Notes: generated by a model not told the origin, from the sequence alone. Counted from the first letter of the stretch, positions 1 to 10,704 are shown. The stretch is 64,000 nt of DNA from an uncultured Chloroflexia bacterium (GCA_963720965.1 CAVRHD010000001.1:19703-83702), one strand, 5' to 3'. Numbers and translations: made by a program.

Positions 1-345
1 GGCACGAACCACCAGATGATCGATGCGCGCGGCGATACGCTCGGGTCGCCGCCGCCCAGTCCCGGGCGTGTTGTCGACGACCCGCGACAGCCACGCGAGC
101 AGGGCGATCGCGGCCGCAATAAAGGTGCCCAGGTGGAGCTCGTTGCCCTTGGCCACGGCCAGCTGCCACTGATCGAGCTCGGCCGTTGACGGGATGCGGG
201 ACGGGTCGAGCAGGCTCAGGCCACGCAGCTCCTGGATGCCGGCCCAGGCGAGGGCCGCGCTGGCGATCCCGACAAAGGCCATGGCCCAGGTCGCGCGACG
301 GAGCGAGGAGCGTGGCCGGTCATGGGCCAAAGGTACTGGGGTCAC
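1..345 (-). CDS. DUF4328-like membrane protein, 5' part (runs off window edge; apparent frameshift near 66)
   Basis: Manual translation gives ...LLAWLSRVVDNT / PGLGGGDPSVSPRASIIWWFVP, resembling the DUF4328 W..R..N...SP...WFxP pattern. GTG start at 345 with TACAGT 6 nt upstream. Confidence 0.55.
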   Translation of the reverse strand, partial: MTPVPLAHDRPRSSLRRATWAMAFVGIASAALAWAGIQELRGLSLLDPSRIPSTAELDQWQLAVAKGNELHLGTFIAAAIALLAWLSRVVDNTPGTGRRRPERIAARIDHLVVRA

Positions 346-445
346 GCCGGGACTGTACGCGGTCGAGACGGCCGGGACGACCCCTTTGGCGCAATGCGGT
401 GCGCGCACAAACCAGCACGGGTTCGGATGCCCGGCCCCGTGGTCG

Positions 446-1189
446 TCAGCCGGGCGGCGGGTTCGCGGCGAAGACCTGGTTGCAGAGCGCACCGAACCGG
501 GCGATGAATCCGGGCAGGGCGGTCGGGTCGATGGCCGCGAACATGTCCTGGCCCGTCGTCGCCACCTTGAGCTGGCCGTCGCCGCCGGCCGCAGTCAGCT
601 CGCAGCTGACCTGACCCTTGTACGACTCCACCATCGGAAAGTAGCCGGCCAGCAGGCTCCACTTGGCCTGATCGCCGACGCCGCTCAAGGCCTGGACCGT
701 CGAGCCGTCGACCGGGCCCATGTTCGTATCGTAGGGCTCCTTGAAGTCAGACCCCGACACGACGTAGACGTTCAGACCGTCGCCCAACGACGGGTCGGCC
801 AGGTGGAAGTCGCAGGTACCCTGATGGTCCGTGGTCGGATCACCCAGCTGGGCCGAGAACAGGCCCTGAACATCGGCCTTGCTGATCATCGCGCACGGGT
901 CGACGTCCGGCATCGCACACAGCACCGCTCCGAGGATGGAGGCATACGGGCCCCCGACGGCGCCGACGGCGCTGCCGGCGGGGTTGCCGCAGCCGCCGGC
1001 CAATCCCGCTCCGGCCGGCGCAGCCGAGCCGGCGCTGCTGCCGGCCGGCGACACCGCCCCGGCCGGCGCCACGGCCCCACCCGCAGCGGTCGCGCCGGGG
1101 CCGGCGGTGCAGGCGGAAAGCAGGAGCAGGCAGGCGAGGGCCGCAAGGATCGACCGCCCCCCGGCGATGGTTCGACAGGCCGTGTACAT
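446..1189 (-). CDS. Lipoprotein, DUF3558-like (DPC motif)
   Basis: ATG at 1189 after AGGAG; signal peptide with lipobox LSAC; Ala/Gly linker; VDPCAMIS..DVQ...C.F...VQALSGVGDQA pattern. Confidence 0.7.
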   Translation of the reverse strand: MYTACRTIAGGRSILAALACLLLLSACTAGPGATAAGGAVAPAGAVSPAGSSAGSAAPAGAGLAGGCGNPAGSAVGAVGGPYASILGAVLCAMPDVDPCAMISKADVQGLFSAQLGDPTTDHQGTCDFHLADPSLGDGLNVYVVSGSDFKEPYDTNMGPVDGSTVQALSGVGDQAKWSLLAGYFPMVESYKGQVSCELTAAGGDGQLKVATTGQDMFAAIDPTALPGFIARFGALCNQVFAANPPPG

Positions 1190-1203
1190 CTCTACTCCTC
1201 CTT

Positions 1204-3315
1204 CTACGGGACACTCAGGGTGACGGTCGTGGTGGACTGCACTTCTGCGGACAGGCCGCCGAACCCCGCGTCGGCACCGTTCTCGGCCGAAATGCTCCAG
1301 GTCAGGCTGCCTGGCGCCACCGAGGACGGGGCGCCGATCGGCAGCGGCGGCACGAGGCCGGCCAGGGGGATCGTGATGCCGGTCGAGCCGCACGTACCGT
1401 GGCCGGTTGCGTGGCAGTCGGTGGCCGTCTCGCTGGCGAAGGTGAGGACCAGGTTGCACAGCGTGCCGCTGACGCCGGCGCCCTGCTCCAGCATGGTCGT
1501 ATCTGTCGTGCCCTGGGCCAGGCCCTGGAAGACCTGGTGATCGAGCACGGTCACCGAGAATGTCCCGCCAAGGGAGCCATCCGGCGCGACAGTCACGGTC
1601 AGCGGCCCGGTCCCGTGGTCGTTGGTCCCGCCAGACTCGCCGAGGTCGACCTGGCCGGGCGGCACGATCGTCGTGGAATCCTCGGTGAGGGTCCCCTGGT
1701 AGGTCCCTGCGGGAAGGGACGTTGCGCACTGACCGGAGGCGGCCGGGCTGGCCGCCGTCGACGGTCGCGGTGAGGCCTGGCCCCGGTAGCGCAGGACCAC
1801 GATCCCGTTGCCGGTGGCATCGAGGAGCTTGTTGAGGCGGTCCTGGAGCCCGTCGAGGTAGGGTGCGAACAGGCCGACCACGAACGGCTTCAGGAGCGTC
1901 GGAACCCAGCCGAGCAGCGCATCCGTGAGCCGCTGGCGGACCGTGTCGAGCTCGGGACGATGGGCGGTAACGGTCATCGAATCGACCTGGTTCAGCTCCT
2001 CGCCGGTCGGATCGCCCGGGTCGCGCGCGGTCAGGAACGTCCAGACCGCCTGGCCGTTCGTGTCGGTGACGTCGTTGGTCCGATCGGCGTCGATCGGGCC
2101 CAGGAGCGGATCCAGGGCCGGCTTGATCGGGCTCCAGGTGATCGGCACGGCGTTGGAGTGGAAGTTCGGCAGGGCGATTGCGAGGGTCGTCGCGCAGTCG
2201 CTCAGGACGGCCGGCCAATCGGGCAGGTCGCCGGCCGAGATCGTCGCGGTGAACGTGCCCCGGATCGGGTTCGAGCCGAGGACGATCGTGCCGCCTCCGG
2301 CCGGACCGGCTGCCCTGACGTTGACGGCATAGGGCAGGAGCGAGGCGACCTGCTCGGCGACCCCGCTGATCATTGCCGCGACCGACCGGATCTGGCCCAG
2401 GACGAGGCTCGTGAGCTGGCCGATCAGGCCGCGCACCAACGCCTCCCCGGCGCTGACCAGCCAGTTCCAGATCCCGGTGACGATCGCGCCGGGCAGGTTT
2501 GCCGGCGTCGCCAGCTTGAGGGCATTGAAGAGCGTGTGGATCATGCCGTCGGCCCAGTTGCTCACCGTCGAGCAGACTCCCCCGCCGTCGGCCGGGACGA
2601 TCGCGGTGACCGGGCCGGCGTGAGCGACCGCCAGTCGGACCAGCGGTACCAGGCCGGAAGCTGACCCCGTCGGTCCGGCGCTCGGGCTGGTCGGCGGAGC
2701 GAGGCGGCCGCCGTCGGTGGCGAGGTCCGAGGCGAACAGGACGAGCACGACCGACGGGAACCGCAGCGTCGCCGGATGGAGCAGGTCCTGGCCCGCCATC
2801 AGGGCCCGCGACAGGCTGCCGCCGGCTGAGTCGGCCGAACCGACGTAAGCCGCCAGCAGGTCCGAGGTGGAGGGCATGCCGGTCTGCCCAGCAGGCAGGG
2901 GAATCACAGTGTCGAGGTCGGCCCCGCTCAGCCCGTCACCGGCCCACGCCCCGACCGCCAGGGCATGGGCCTGGAAGTCCAGCAGGCGGAACGGGCTGGC
3001 GGTCCCGCCCAGGCCGACCTCGGGCGTGCCGCTAGCCGTATCCGGATACGTGCCGATCCCCGACTGGGCCAGGCCGGCCACGAGGGCGCCAGTCGTGTCG
3101 CTGGTGTAGGCCGGGGCCGCGAGCCGGTCGGCCAGGCTCCACGAAGCCGGGTCCACCGATGCGGTCGACCCGGCTGGGACGACATGGTCGGTCAGGGCCG
3201 CCTGGCCAGCGTGGGTCGTGGCGGTCGAGGGCACCGCCTGGGACGGACCGGGCGCCGGGGCGCAGCCGGCCAGGACGCCGATGACGATGACGAAGACCAG
3301 CGACAGGCGCTTCAT
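1204..3315 (-). CDS. Large lipoprotein of unknown function (~703 aa), paralog A
   Basis: MKRLSLVFVIVIGVLAGC lipobox at ATG 3315; extensive similarity to 10774-12886; Thr/Gly/Cys beta-rich C-terminal domain. Confidence 0.8.
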   Translation of the reverse strand: MKRLSLVFVIVIGVLAGCAPAPGPSQAVPSTATTHAGQAALTDHVVPAGSTASVDPASWSLADRLAAPAYTSDTTGALVAGLAQSGIGTYPDTASGTPEVGLGGTASPFRLLDFQAHALAVGAWAGDGLSGADLDTVIPLPAGQTGMPSTSDLLAAYVGSADSAGGSLSRALMAGQDLLHPATLRFPSVVLVLFASDLATDGGRLAPPTSPSAGPTGSASGLVPLVRLAVAHAGPVTAIVPADGGGVCSTVSNWADGMIHTLFNALKLATPANLPGAIVTGIWNWLVSAGEALVRGLIGQLTSLVLGQIRSVAAMISGVAEQVASLLPYAVNVRAAGPAGGGTIVLGSNPIRGTFTATISAGDLPDWPAVLSDCATTLAIALPNFHSNAVPITWSPIKPALDPLLGPIDADRTNDVTDTNGQAVWTFLTARDPGDPTGEELNQVDSMTVTAHRPELDTVRQRLTDALLGWVPTLLKPFVVGLFAPYLDGLQDRLNKLLDATGNGIVVLRYRGQASPRPSTAASPAASGQCATSLPAGTYQGTLTEDSTTIVPPGQVDLGESGGTNDHGTGPLTVTVAPDGSLGGTFSVTVLDHQVFQGLAQGTTDTTMLEQGAGVSGTLCNLVLTFASETATDCHATGHGTCGSTGITIPLAGLVPPLPIGAPSSVAPGSLTWSISAENGADAGFGGLSAEVQSTTTVTLSVP

Positions 3316-3374
3316 GACGGCTGTGTTCCCCTGCTGACGGCGGTCACCTTGACTGCCGGCAGGTTCGCGCCTGT

Positions 3375-3406
3375 CGATCGCAAACCGATCGCAAGCCGGA
3401 TCGCCG
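3375..3406. promoter_or_regulatory. Direct repeats CGATCGCAA at 11-bp spacing; candidate winged-helix (SARP/OmpR-type) binding site upstream of the lipoprotein operon
   Basis: cgatcgcaa at 3375 and 3386, weaker ggatcgccg at 3398, about 60-90 nt upstream of the lipoprotein A start. Confidence 0.45.
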
Positions 3407-3425
3407 GATTGAGGCGGTTTTCCGG

Positions 3426-6400
3426 CTAGCTCCTTGCCCGATCGCAGGCGCGCCAGGTTCGGGTCACTCCGGACCAGCTCGCGGGCGTAGGCAACAGCCA
3501 GGCCGTAGGCCCTGGCCGAGCTCAGCGGGTCGGCCTCAGTTCCGCCGGCCAGGTCGGTCCTGCCGGCCCGCGCCTGCTCGTCCAGGAGGATGCCTCCGGC
3601 CGTCGTCGCGTCGAGGTCGGCCAGCTCCGTCGGTGGCACCGGCTGGTGGATCGCGGCTCGAGTGTCGGCGGCCACCCCGAGCAGCTCGCTCGACCCGGGG
3701 CGCCCGACGGCAACGAGCAACCGGGCAACGGTTTCGAGGGCCTCGACGAGAACCCATCGATCCGCTTCAGGGTCGAGCCGTTCGAGCGCCTGTACGAGGT
3801 GGCCGGCGGCAGCCGGCTCGTCCGTGCGTATCGAGGTCCATCCGGGCGAGGTTGATGTGGCCGAGGGCGATCGTCGTGCGGGTGCTCGACTCGGCGCCGG
3901 CCTCGATCGCCAGCTGGGCGTAGCGCCGGGCGGCACGCGGGCGATCGAGCGCCCGGGCCACGGCGGCCAGGCGATAGGCGACGGTGCCCTCGGTGGTCCG
4001 GTGGCCGAGCTCGCGAAAGATCAGCAGGGCCTGGTTGCCGGTTTGCATGGCCGCGCCGAGATCGCCCGCCTTCCAGTGGGCCAGGGTCAGGGCCGCCAGG
4101 ACATGTCCGTTGGCCAGCGGGTCGCCGGTCGCGACGGCGATGGCCAGCGACCGTTCGAGCGCCGGGCGAGCCTCGCCGACGACACCCTCGTCGGCCAACA
4201 GGGAGCCGAGATGGAGCAGGGTCGTCCCGATCTCCTGCTCCTCGCCGGCCTCGTCCAGGCGGGCCAGCGAGGCCTCGAGGAATGCCTGGGCCGCCGGCAG
4301 GTCATCGGTCGCGGCCGCAATCGCCCCGCGCCGGCGCAGGGCACGGCCCTCGCCGAGCGGATCGCCCAAGTGCGGCGAACAGGGCCTGGGCCTCTTCGAC
4401 GATCTCGGCCCCGCGCGCGAAGTCGGTGACCCAGTAGGCGAGATGGCCACGGGCCAGGAGAGCGGCGGCGCGCAGGGCCGGGTCCGGGTCGGCCGCCTCG
4501 ATCAGCCGGCCGAGCCAGTCCATGCCCTCGGCAGGGTGTCGTCCGAGCCAGTAGTCGGTCAGGCCGACCGCGATCTCGAGGCCGCGAGCCGCGCCTGGCC
4601 GGTCCCCCTGCGAGCCCGTCGCCAGGACGCCCAGGATCGCCCGGACGTGGGGCATCTCGCGGTCGAGCCGGCGGAGCGTGTCGCTGCGCTCCGATCCCGC
4701 GAGCAGCTCGATCAGGCCGCCGGCTCGGCGCAGCACGGCTTCCGAGTAGCGAACGCGGGCCGCCGCCAGCTCGGCTCGGATCGGCCGTCTCGATGGTATG
4801 GCCGGCGAGGGTCCGGAGGAGCTCGTAGCGGGTCGGACCGAAGGCGCTCCGGACCTGGACCAGGCTGGCGTCGACGAGGCGAGCAACGATCTCGAACGAG
4901 TCGGCGCCGTCGCGGACCAAGATCGGCCACGCCCTCGATCAGGTCCAGGTCCGCATCGGCGACCATGACCGCGAGGGCGATGAGCGCCCGCCGATCGGCA
5001 GGGCCGAGCCGGTCGACACTGGCATCGAGCGCCGCCCACAGCCCGGCCCGGCCGCCGACCGGGCCGCCGGCCCATCGCCCGAGGTCGGATTCAACCCGCT
5101 GGATGACCTCGTCCATGCGGAGCAGGTGGAGGTGCCGGGCGACCAGCTCGAGCCCGAGCGGCAGCCGGTCGACGAGGGTGCACAGGCGGTCGGCACTGGC
5201 CAGCTCGTCCGGATTGAGCCGGAAGCGCGGATCGAGCAGGCGCGCCCGATCGACCAGGAGCTCGATCGCGTCCGACGCGGCGAGCGGGCCGATCGGCGAC
5301 GATGGCCTCGGCCAGGATTCCCAATCTCTCGCGGCTGGTGGTCATGATCCGGACCTGGGGACAGGCCGCCAGCAGCCGCTCGACCTCGTTGACGACCTCG
5401 GCCTGGCGAGCCTCGCAGCCGTCGAGGACGAGCAGGTCGGTCCCCGGGCCGAGTGCGCTCGCGACGCCCAGGCCGGCGTCGGCCGCCCGTGACGACGGGT
5501 CGACCACATCGAGGATCGCCCCGGCCACCGATTGCGCCGCCGGCAGCTGTTCGAGCGACACGTACCAGACGGGCGGCGCAGCAGCGCGCGCCAGCTCGAG
5601 CCCCAGGCGGGTCTTGCCCGCTCCGGGCGGACCGAGGAGGGTCACCAGGCGCGAACGGCCCCACGCCTCGGCCAGGTCCTGCTGCTCGGCCAGCCGGCCG
5701 ATCAGCCGGGTCGAGGTGCCCGGGATCCGGGGCGGGACCGGCTGCGGACCGCCGGACCCGCCGGCGCCCTCCGGGTCCAGCGAATGACTCGACACGGACA
5801 GGCCGGCCGGCGGTTCCAACGCCGGGTCCTGGGCCAGGACCGCCTGTTGCATCCGGCGCAGCCCGGTGCCCGGGTCGAGGCCAAGGTCGTCGAGCAATCG
5901 ACGGCGGCATTCGGCGTACGCGTCAAGGGCTTCGGCTTGCCGGCCGGCCCGATACAGGGCGAGCATCAGCAGCTCCCAGCGACGCTCGCGGTACGGCTGC
6001 TCGTCGACCAGGCGGCGAGCATCGCCGACCAGGTCGGTTGGACGGCCCACGTCGAGGTCGAGGCCGAGGAGGTCCTCACGCAGGCCTTCGATCAGCTCGT
6101 CCAGCCGGGCGGCCACGATGCGCGCCTCGGCCAGGTCGTCCAGGTCGGCCAGCGGCCGTCCCCGGATACCGGCGAGGGCCTGCCGAAGGAGCGCCGCCGC
6201 CTCCGCCGGCTCGCGCTCGGCCAGCCCGCGGCTCGCTCCGGCCAGGCGCTCGACCTCGTCGACATCGGTCGTCGCCTCGAGGGTGTAGCGATCATCCGTG
6301 GTCGAGATGACAAGCCCGAGCCGGCGCAGCCGGAAGACGTACGTCGCGATCGTGTGCCTGGCGGCCGGCGGCGAGTCGTCGCCCCACACGGCCTGCTCCA

Positions 6401-6533
6401 GGTCGTCCGGGGAGACCGGCCGTCCGGCATCCATCGCGAGGCGGGCCAGGACGCGCCGCTGGAGGCGGCCGCCCGCCGCGACATCAGCCGTCCCGGATCT
6501 GATGGTCAGCGGGCCAAGGATGCACACCTGCAC
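3426..6533 (-). CDS. AfsR/SARP-family regulator (wHTH-BTAD-ATPase-TPR), split by several frameshifts; 3' end approximate
   Basis: ILGPL N-terminus; BTAD motif PYRERRWELLMLALYRAGRQAEALDAY..CRRRL.DDLGLDPG; P-loop GPPGAGKT; TTSRERLG; DGLPLGLEL; TPR-like pieces in ORFs 4302-5075, 3767-4450 and the 5' part of 1204-3936. Confidence 0.85.
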
Positions 6534-6590
6534 CCCCCAACCTTAGCCGAGGCAGCCGGCTCTCCCGAGGCTGGCGAGCGAGCCGGTCCG

Positions 6591-7007
6591 CTACCAGCGC
6601 GGATGCAGCTCGGGACCTTCCCAGCGCGAGAACTCCTCGGTGGCGTAGCGTCCGAAGTGATTCTGGAAGTGCGCGCCGTGGCTGGCCAGGATGTCGCGCG
6701 CCGCGAGCAGGCGCGGACGGCTGCCGCAGTGGACGGCGACGATCGCCCGGCCGTCGTCCAGGGCCGCCTCATAGAGGCGCAGGTCGGGCGTCTGGTCCAT
6801 CGTCATGAACTGGACGAGCCGGATGAGCTGGCCCAGCGGTCCTCGGCTGGTGGGCAGGTCGGACAATGAGCCATCGGCGGTCGCGCCTGCCAGGACCCTG
6901 GCCTGATCGGCGGAGAATCCGGCGGCCACGAGCGCTGCGCGGGCCTCCTCGGCGGCCGCCGGGTCGTCGATGACCGCGAGCAGCCAGTCCATCGGGTAGC
7001 GGATCAT
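6591..7007 (-). CDS. Conserved hypothetical protein (~138 aa)
   Basis: MIRYPMDWLLAVIDDPAAAEEARAALVAAGF...YEAALDDGRAIVAVH...FGRYATEE; coding-like composition; start uncertain. Confidence 0.65.
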   Translation of the reverse strand: MIRYPMDWLLAVIDDPAAAEEARAALVAAGFSADQARVLAGATADGSLSDLPTSRGPLGQLIRLVQFMTMDQTPDLRLYEAALDDGRAIVAVHCGSRPRLLAARDILASHGAHFQNHFGRYATEEFSRWEGPELHPRW

Positions 7008-7101
7008 CGAGCGGCCGGACTTCACGTCCGTCTTGCGTGGAGGAGCCACGGCGTCAGCCTCCAGGCCCCTGCCCGGGGGGCCCATACCAGCTCGCGAGCG
7101 A

Positions 7102-7359
7102 TCAGCCCCCGCGGCGGGGCCGGGCCGGCTCGGGCTTTTCCTTGGGCTCATGACCGGGGCGAGGCGGGCGAGGCATCGTGCCCGGCGCCATGTCCGGCGC
7201 CGCGACGTGGGGCCCACGAGCGCGAGCCGCTTCGACGCCGGCGGCAAAGGCCTTGGCGACCGCCGGCGGCACGCTGCCGATCCAGGCGGCCTGGATCTGG
7301 TTGACCCGCTCGGTCTCCTGGGCGCGCCGCTCGCGTTCTCGCTTCGAATGCTTGGTCAT
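7102..7359 (-). CDS. Small basic hypothetical protein (85 aa)
   Basis: GAGGA Shine-Dalgarno before ATG; MTKHSKRERERR...; Pro/Arg-rich tail. Confidence 0.7.
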   Translation of the reverse strand: MTKHSKRERERRAQETERVNQIQAAWIGSVPPAVAKAFAAGVEAARARGPHVAAPDMAPGTMPRPPRPGHEPKEKPEPARPRRGG

Positions 7360-7565
7360 CGATTCCTCAGTCAGGTGTCGGCGGACACCGAAGGCCGGCT
7401 CGCCGCTGGATCGCGAGTATGCCCGACTTCACCCCGGCTCGCCGCTGAACGTCGTTGCCGGGGGCACAGCCGGGCGCTCGCCCGGGTAGTGTGCCGCGGG
7501 CCGAATGGTCTATCGTGTCAGCGGCCGCTCGGCCGACGAACCCGCACTCGTGAGGTAAGCGCACC

Positions 7566-7871
7566 ATCGCAACGAAGCCCCGCCGCAACGTCTACCGCCG
7601 CCCCCCGGCGCCCGTCAAGCCGCCCATCCCGGGCACCGAGCCACCGCCCGTCGTCCGGACAACTGTCGCTTCGATCAACCTATCCGCAACCAAGGGCCGC
7701 GAGGGGCTCACGGTTGGCGATCACGTCCGGATCATCGGCAGCGGCCTGTACACCGGCGAGGCCGCCGTCATCGAGAAGCTGCCCGGTGGGGTGATCCCGA
7801 CGGCGCTGGTGCGCACCGAGGCCGGCCGGACCCGACAGGTGCGGACCATCGACCTGGAGCCGATCCCCTGA
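7566..7871 (+). CDS. Small KOW/SH3-like protein (101 aa), apparent ATC start; absent from the ORF track
   Basis: Open frame IATKPRRNVYRR...GLTVGDHVRIIGSGLYTGEAAVIEKL...ALVRTEAGRTRQVRTIDLEPIP*; GAGGT SD at 7552-7556; in-frame TGA at 7551 excludes an upstream start. Confidence 0.7.
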   Translation: MATKPRRNVYRRPPAPVKPPIPGTEPPPVVRTTVASINLSATKGREGLTVGDHVRIIGSGLYTGEAAVIEKLPGGVIPTALVRTEAGRTRQVRTIDLEPIP

Positions 7872-8900
7872 GCATCGAGCCGGCTGCTGCCGCGCCCGCG
7901 ACCCCGACCGCCGGCCTGGCCCTGGCCACGCGCGGACTCCACAAGAGCTACGGCCCACGGGTCGCCCTGGCCGGCCTCGACCTGTCGGTTCCCCTGGGCG
8001 TGGTCTACGGCTTCCTCGGGCCGAACGGGGCCGGCAAGACCACCACGATGCGCCTGCTGACCGGCCTGATCCACCCGGATGGGGGCACGATCGAAGTCCT
8101 CGGCAAGCCCTTCGGACGGAGTGACCGGCGCCGGCTGTTCGAGGTTGGGGCGCTCGTCGAGTCACCCGCCTTCTACCCCTACCTGACCGGCCGGGCCAAT
8201 CTGCGGGCGCTGGCCGCGAGCGGAGCACCCACCCCGAAGGGCCGGATCGAGGAGGTCCTCGAGCTCGTCGGACTCAGGGAGCGAGGCGACGACAAGGTCT
8301 CGAACTATTCGCTCGGGATGAAGCAGCGCCTGGGCATCGCCGGAGCGCTCCTCAGCGATCCCAGGCTGCTCCTGCTCGACGAGCCGGCCAACGGCCTCGA
8401 CCCGGCCGGGATCGTGGCCATGCGCGACACCCTCCGCCACCTGGCCTCGACCGGCAAGACCGTGTTCATCTCGAGCCACCTGCTGGCCGAAGTCAGCCAG
8501 CTGGCTGACGTCATCGGGATCATCGCGGCCGGCAAGCTCGTCCGGGAAGGACCGATCGAGACGCTTCTGAGCGGCGAGGGCCGGGTGCGCGTCCGGGTCG
8601 AGCCGGACGAGGTCGGGCGCGCCGTCGCCGCCCTCGCGCCGCTGGGCGATTGCGGCCCGGCTCGATGGCTCCGACGATGGGCGGCCGAGCGGTCCCGCCA
8701 ACGAAGCGGGCTGGCTGGTCGTCCCCATCGCCACCGCCCGGGCGGCCGAAGTCAACCGGACCCTGGCAGCGGCCGGGATCTACGCCTCGGGAATCGAGAC
8801 CGGCAGCGACCTCGAATCGCTCTTCCTCGAGCTGACCTCGGCAGCCCCGGCGGACGAGCCTGGCGGCGGGCCGCAGCTGGCGCCCGGGAACTGGCAATGA
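7868..8900 (+). CDS. ABC transporter ATP-binding protein (BcrA-like exporter), frameshift near 8650-8700
   Basis: GLHKSYG, Walker A GPNGAGKTT, YSLGMKQRLGIA, LLLDEPANGLDP, ISSHLL. Probable CTG start overlapping the upstream TGA with GGAG SD; ends at ATGA overlap with the permease. Confidence 0.85.
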
Positions 8901-9706
8901 GGCTCTTCGTCTCCACCCTGGCCAAGCTGCGGAGCCGGCTGGCGACGGGCCTCACCCTGGGCCTCCTCATCCTGCTGATGGCCCTGATCTACCTCGCCGT
9001 GGGAGCCACTGCCAAGCAGGTGGCGTCCCGGCCCAACGGCGCCGCGGCGCTCGAGCTGTTGACATTCCCAGGCGCCTACGCCTTCATCTTCTCGTTCGTG
9101 CTGGCCCTTGGTGGGCTGTTCGTGATGGCTTACGCGGCCGCGATCGCCGGCTCGGAGTGGACCTGGGGCACGCTCAAGACGTCCGTTGCTCGAGGCGAGA
9201 GCCGCAGCCGTTACATGCTGACGACCTATGCCGGAATCGCCCTGCTTGCCGGAGTCGGCATGCTGGTGGCGTTCGGCGCGGGTGTGCTCCTGGCATTCCT
9301 CGGGGCCAAGCTGGCCGGGGTCTCGACGGACGGGATCAGCGACACGTCGATCTTCGGCAACCTGCCCGAGCAGTTCCTGCGGGGCTGGTTCGGCCTGATC
9401 GAAGTCGGGGCCATCGGGTTCACGATTGCCACGCTCGCCCGCAGCCAGCTGGCCGGAGTGGGCGCCGGGATCGGGATCTACTTCGCGGAAATGTTCGCGG
9501 GCGCATTCCTGCCAGACATCGTGAAGTACCTGCCGTTCAACGCGGCGAACTCGCTGATCCAGACCGACACGACGCTGGGCGGCGGCTCAAACCGATCGCT
9601 GGCGGTCCTCGATCCGAACACGGCGGTGGTAGTCGTGGCGGCCTGGATCGTCGTCGGCCTGGTCGTCACAGCGGTGTTCACCGAGCGAGCCGAGATCTCG
9701 GGCTGA
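8897..9706 (+). CDS. ABC-2 type transporter permease
   Basis: About six hydrophobic segments; GSEWTWGTLKT..ARGESR motif; KYLPF; ends ERAEISG. Confidence 0.85.
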   Translation: MRLFVSTLAKLRSRLATGLTLGLLILLMALIYLAVGATAKQVASRPNGAAALELLTFPGAYAFIFSFVLALGGLFVMAYAAAIAGSEWTWGTLKTSVARGESRSRYMLTTYAGIALLAGVGMLVAFGAGVLLAFLGAKLAGVSTDGISDTSIFGNLPEQFLRGWFGLIEVGAIGFTIATLARSQLAGVGAGIGIYFAEMFAGAFLPDIVKYLPFNAANSLIQTDTTLGGGSNRSLAVLDPNTAVVVVAAWIVVGLVVTAVFTERAEISG

Positions 9707-9707
9707 C

Positions 9708-10704
9708 GTGGCGCCCGACGCGATCGGACGCGACGTGCCCGAGTCGCTCACGGCCTACGCCCTGCGCGACGGCCAGGCCGTCGCGATCGACGATCCGGCC
9801 GAGCTGGCTCGACTGATCAGCCAGGGTTCGGACACGGTTGTGGATCGACCTGACCGACCCCAGCCCGCATGTCGTCGAAGACATCGGCCGCCGCCTCGGC
9901 CTTCACCCGCTGGTGGCCGAGGACATCATCGAGAGCAACGAGCGCTCGAAGGTCGAGTTCGTCGACGACATCATCCACCTGGTGATGTACGCCCTGACCC
10001 GGCCGGCCCAGGTCGAGCGACATGAGATCGACTTCGCCCTCGGGCCGGCAGTTCCTGCTGTCGGTCCATCCCGCGGCCTGGGATCCGATGTCGGCCCACC
10101 AGCTCAAGCTGGGAGTGGCGGCATTGCTCGAGCGCGGCCCGGACTTCCTGCTATGGGCCCTCGTCGATGGGCTCGTCGACGGCTACTTTCCCGATCTTCG
10201 ACGCGCTGGCCGACGAGATCGACGCGCTCCAGGACGACGTCGTCAGCAACGCCGTCCCGGCCACCCTCGAGCACATCTTCCGGCTCAAGACCGAGCTCGT
10301 CTCACTGCGCCACGTGATCGCTCCGAGCCGGGAGGTCTTCAGCCAGCTGACCAGCCGGGAGTTCGACCTGATCGGCGAATTCGCAGGTCTTCTACTTCCG
10401 GGACGTCTACGACCACCTGATCCGGCTGACCGACGAGTTCGATAGCTTCCGAGAGCTGGTGTCCGGTACCCTCGAGGTGTACCTCTCGACGATCAACAAC
10501 AACCTGTCGGTGATCATGAAGCGGCTGACCGGGGTGACCGTCGTGCTGGCCGGAATCGCCGCCATCGGCGGGCTGTTCGGGATGAGCGAGGCCGGCCCCG
10601 CCTTCGGCGGCCAGGAGCCAGACGGATTCTGGATCGTGGTCATCGCCTCGATCGTGCTGGCCGGAATCTCCATCGCCGTCCTGCGTCGGATCGACTGGTT
10701 GTAG
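9708..10704 (+). CDS. corA: CorA-family magnesium/cobalt transporter (multiple frameshifts)
   Basis: WIDLTDP, LHPLVAEDI...RSKVE, DGLVDGYFP, YFRDVYDHL, NNNLSVIMKRLT, GLFGMS (GMN-like) followed by two TM helices. Confidence 0.8.

Noticed and set aside
1204-3936. 910-aa ORF fusing a TPR regulator tail to a lipoprotein
   Set aside because: An internal signal peptide and lipobox start at 3315 and paralog B begins at the equivalent point; the fusion follows from upstream frameshifts.
8000-9706. Fused ABC ATPase-permease of 568 aa
   Set aside because: An off-frame segment near 8650-8890 and an ATGA junction at 8897-8900 indicate two genes.
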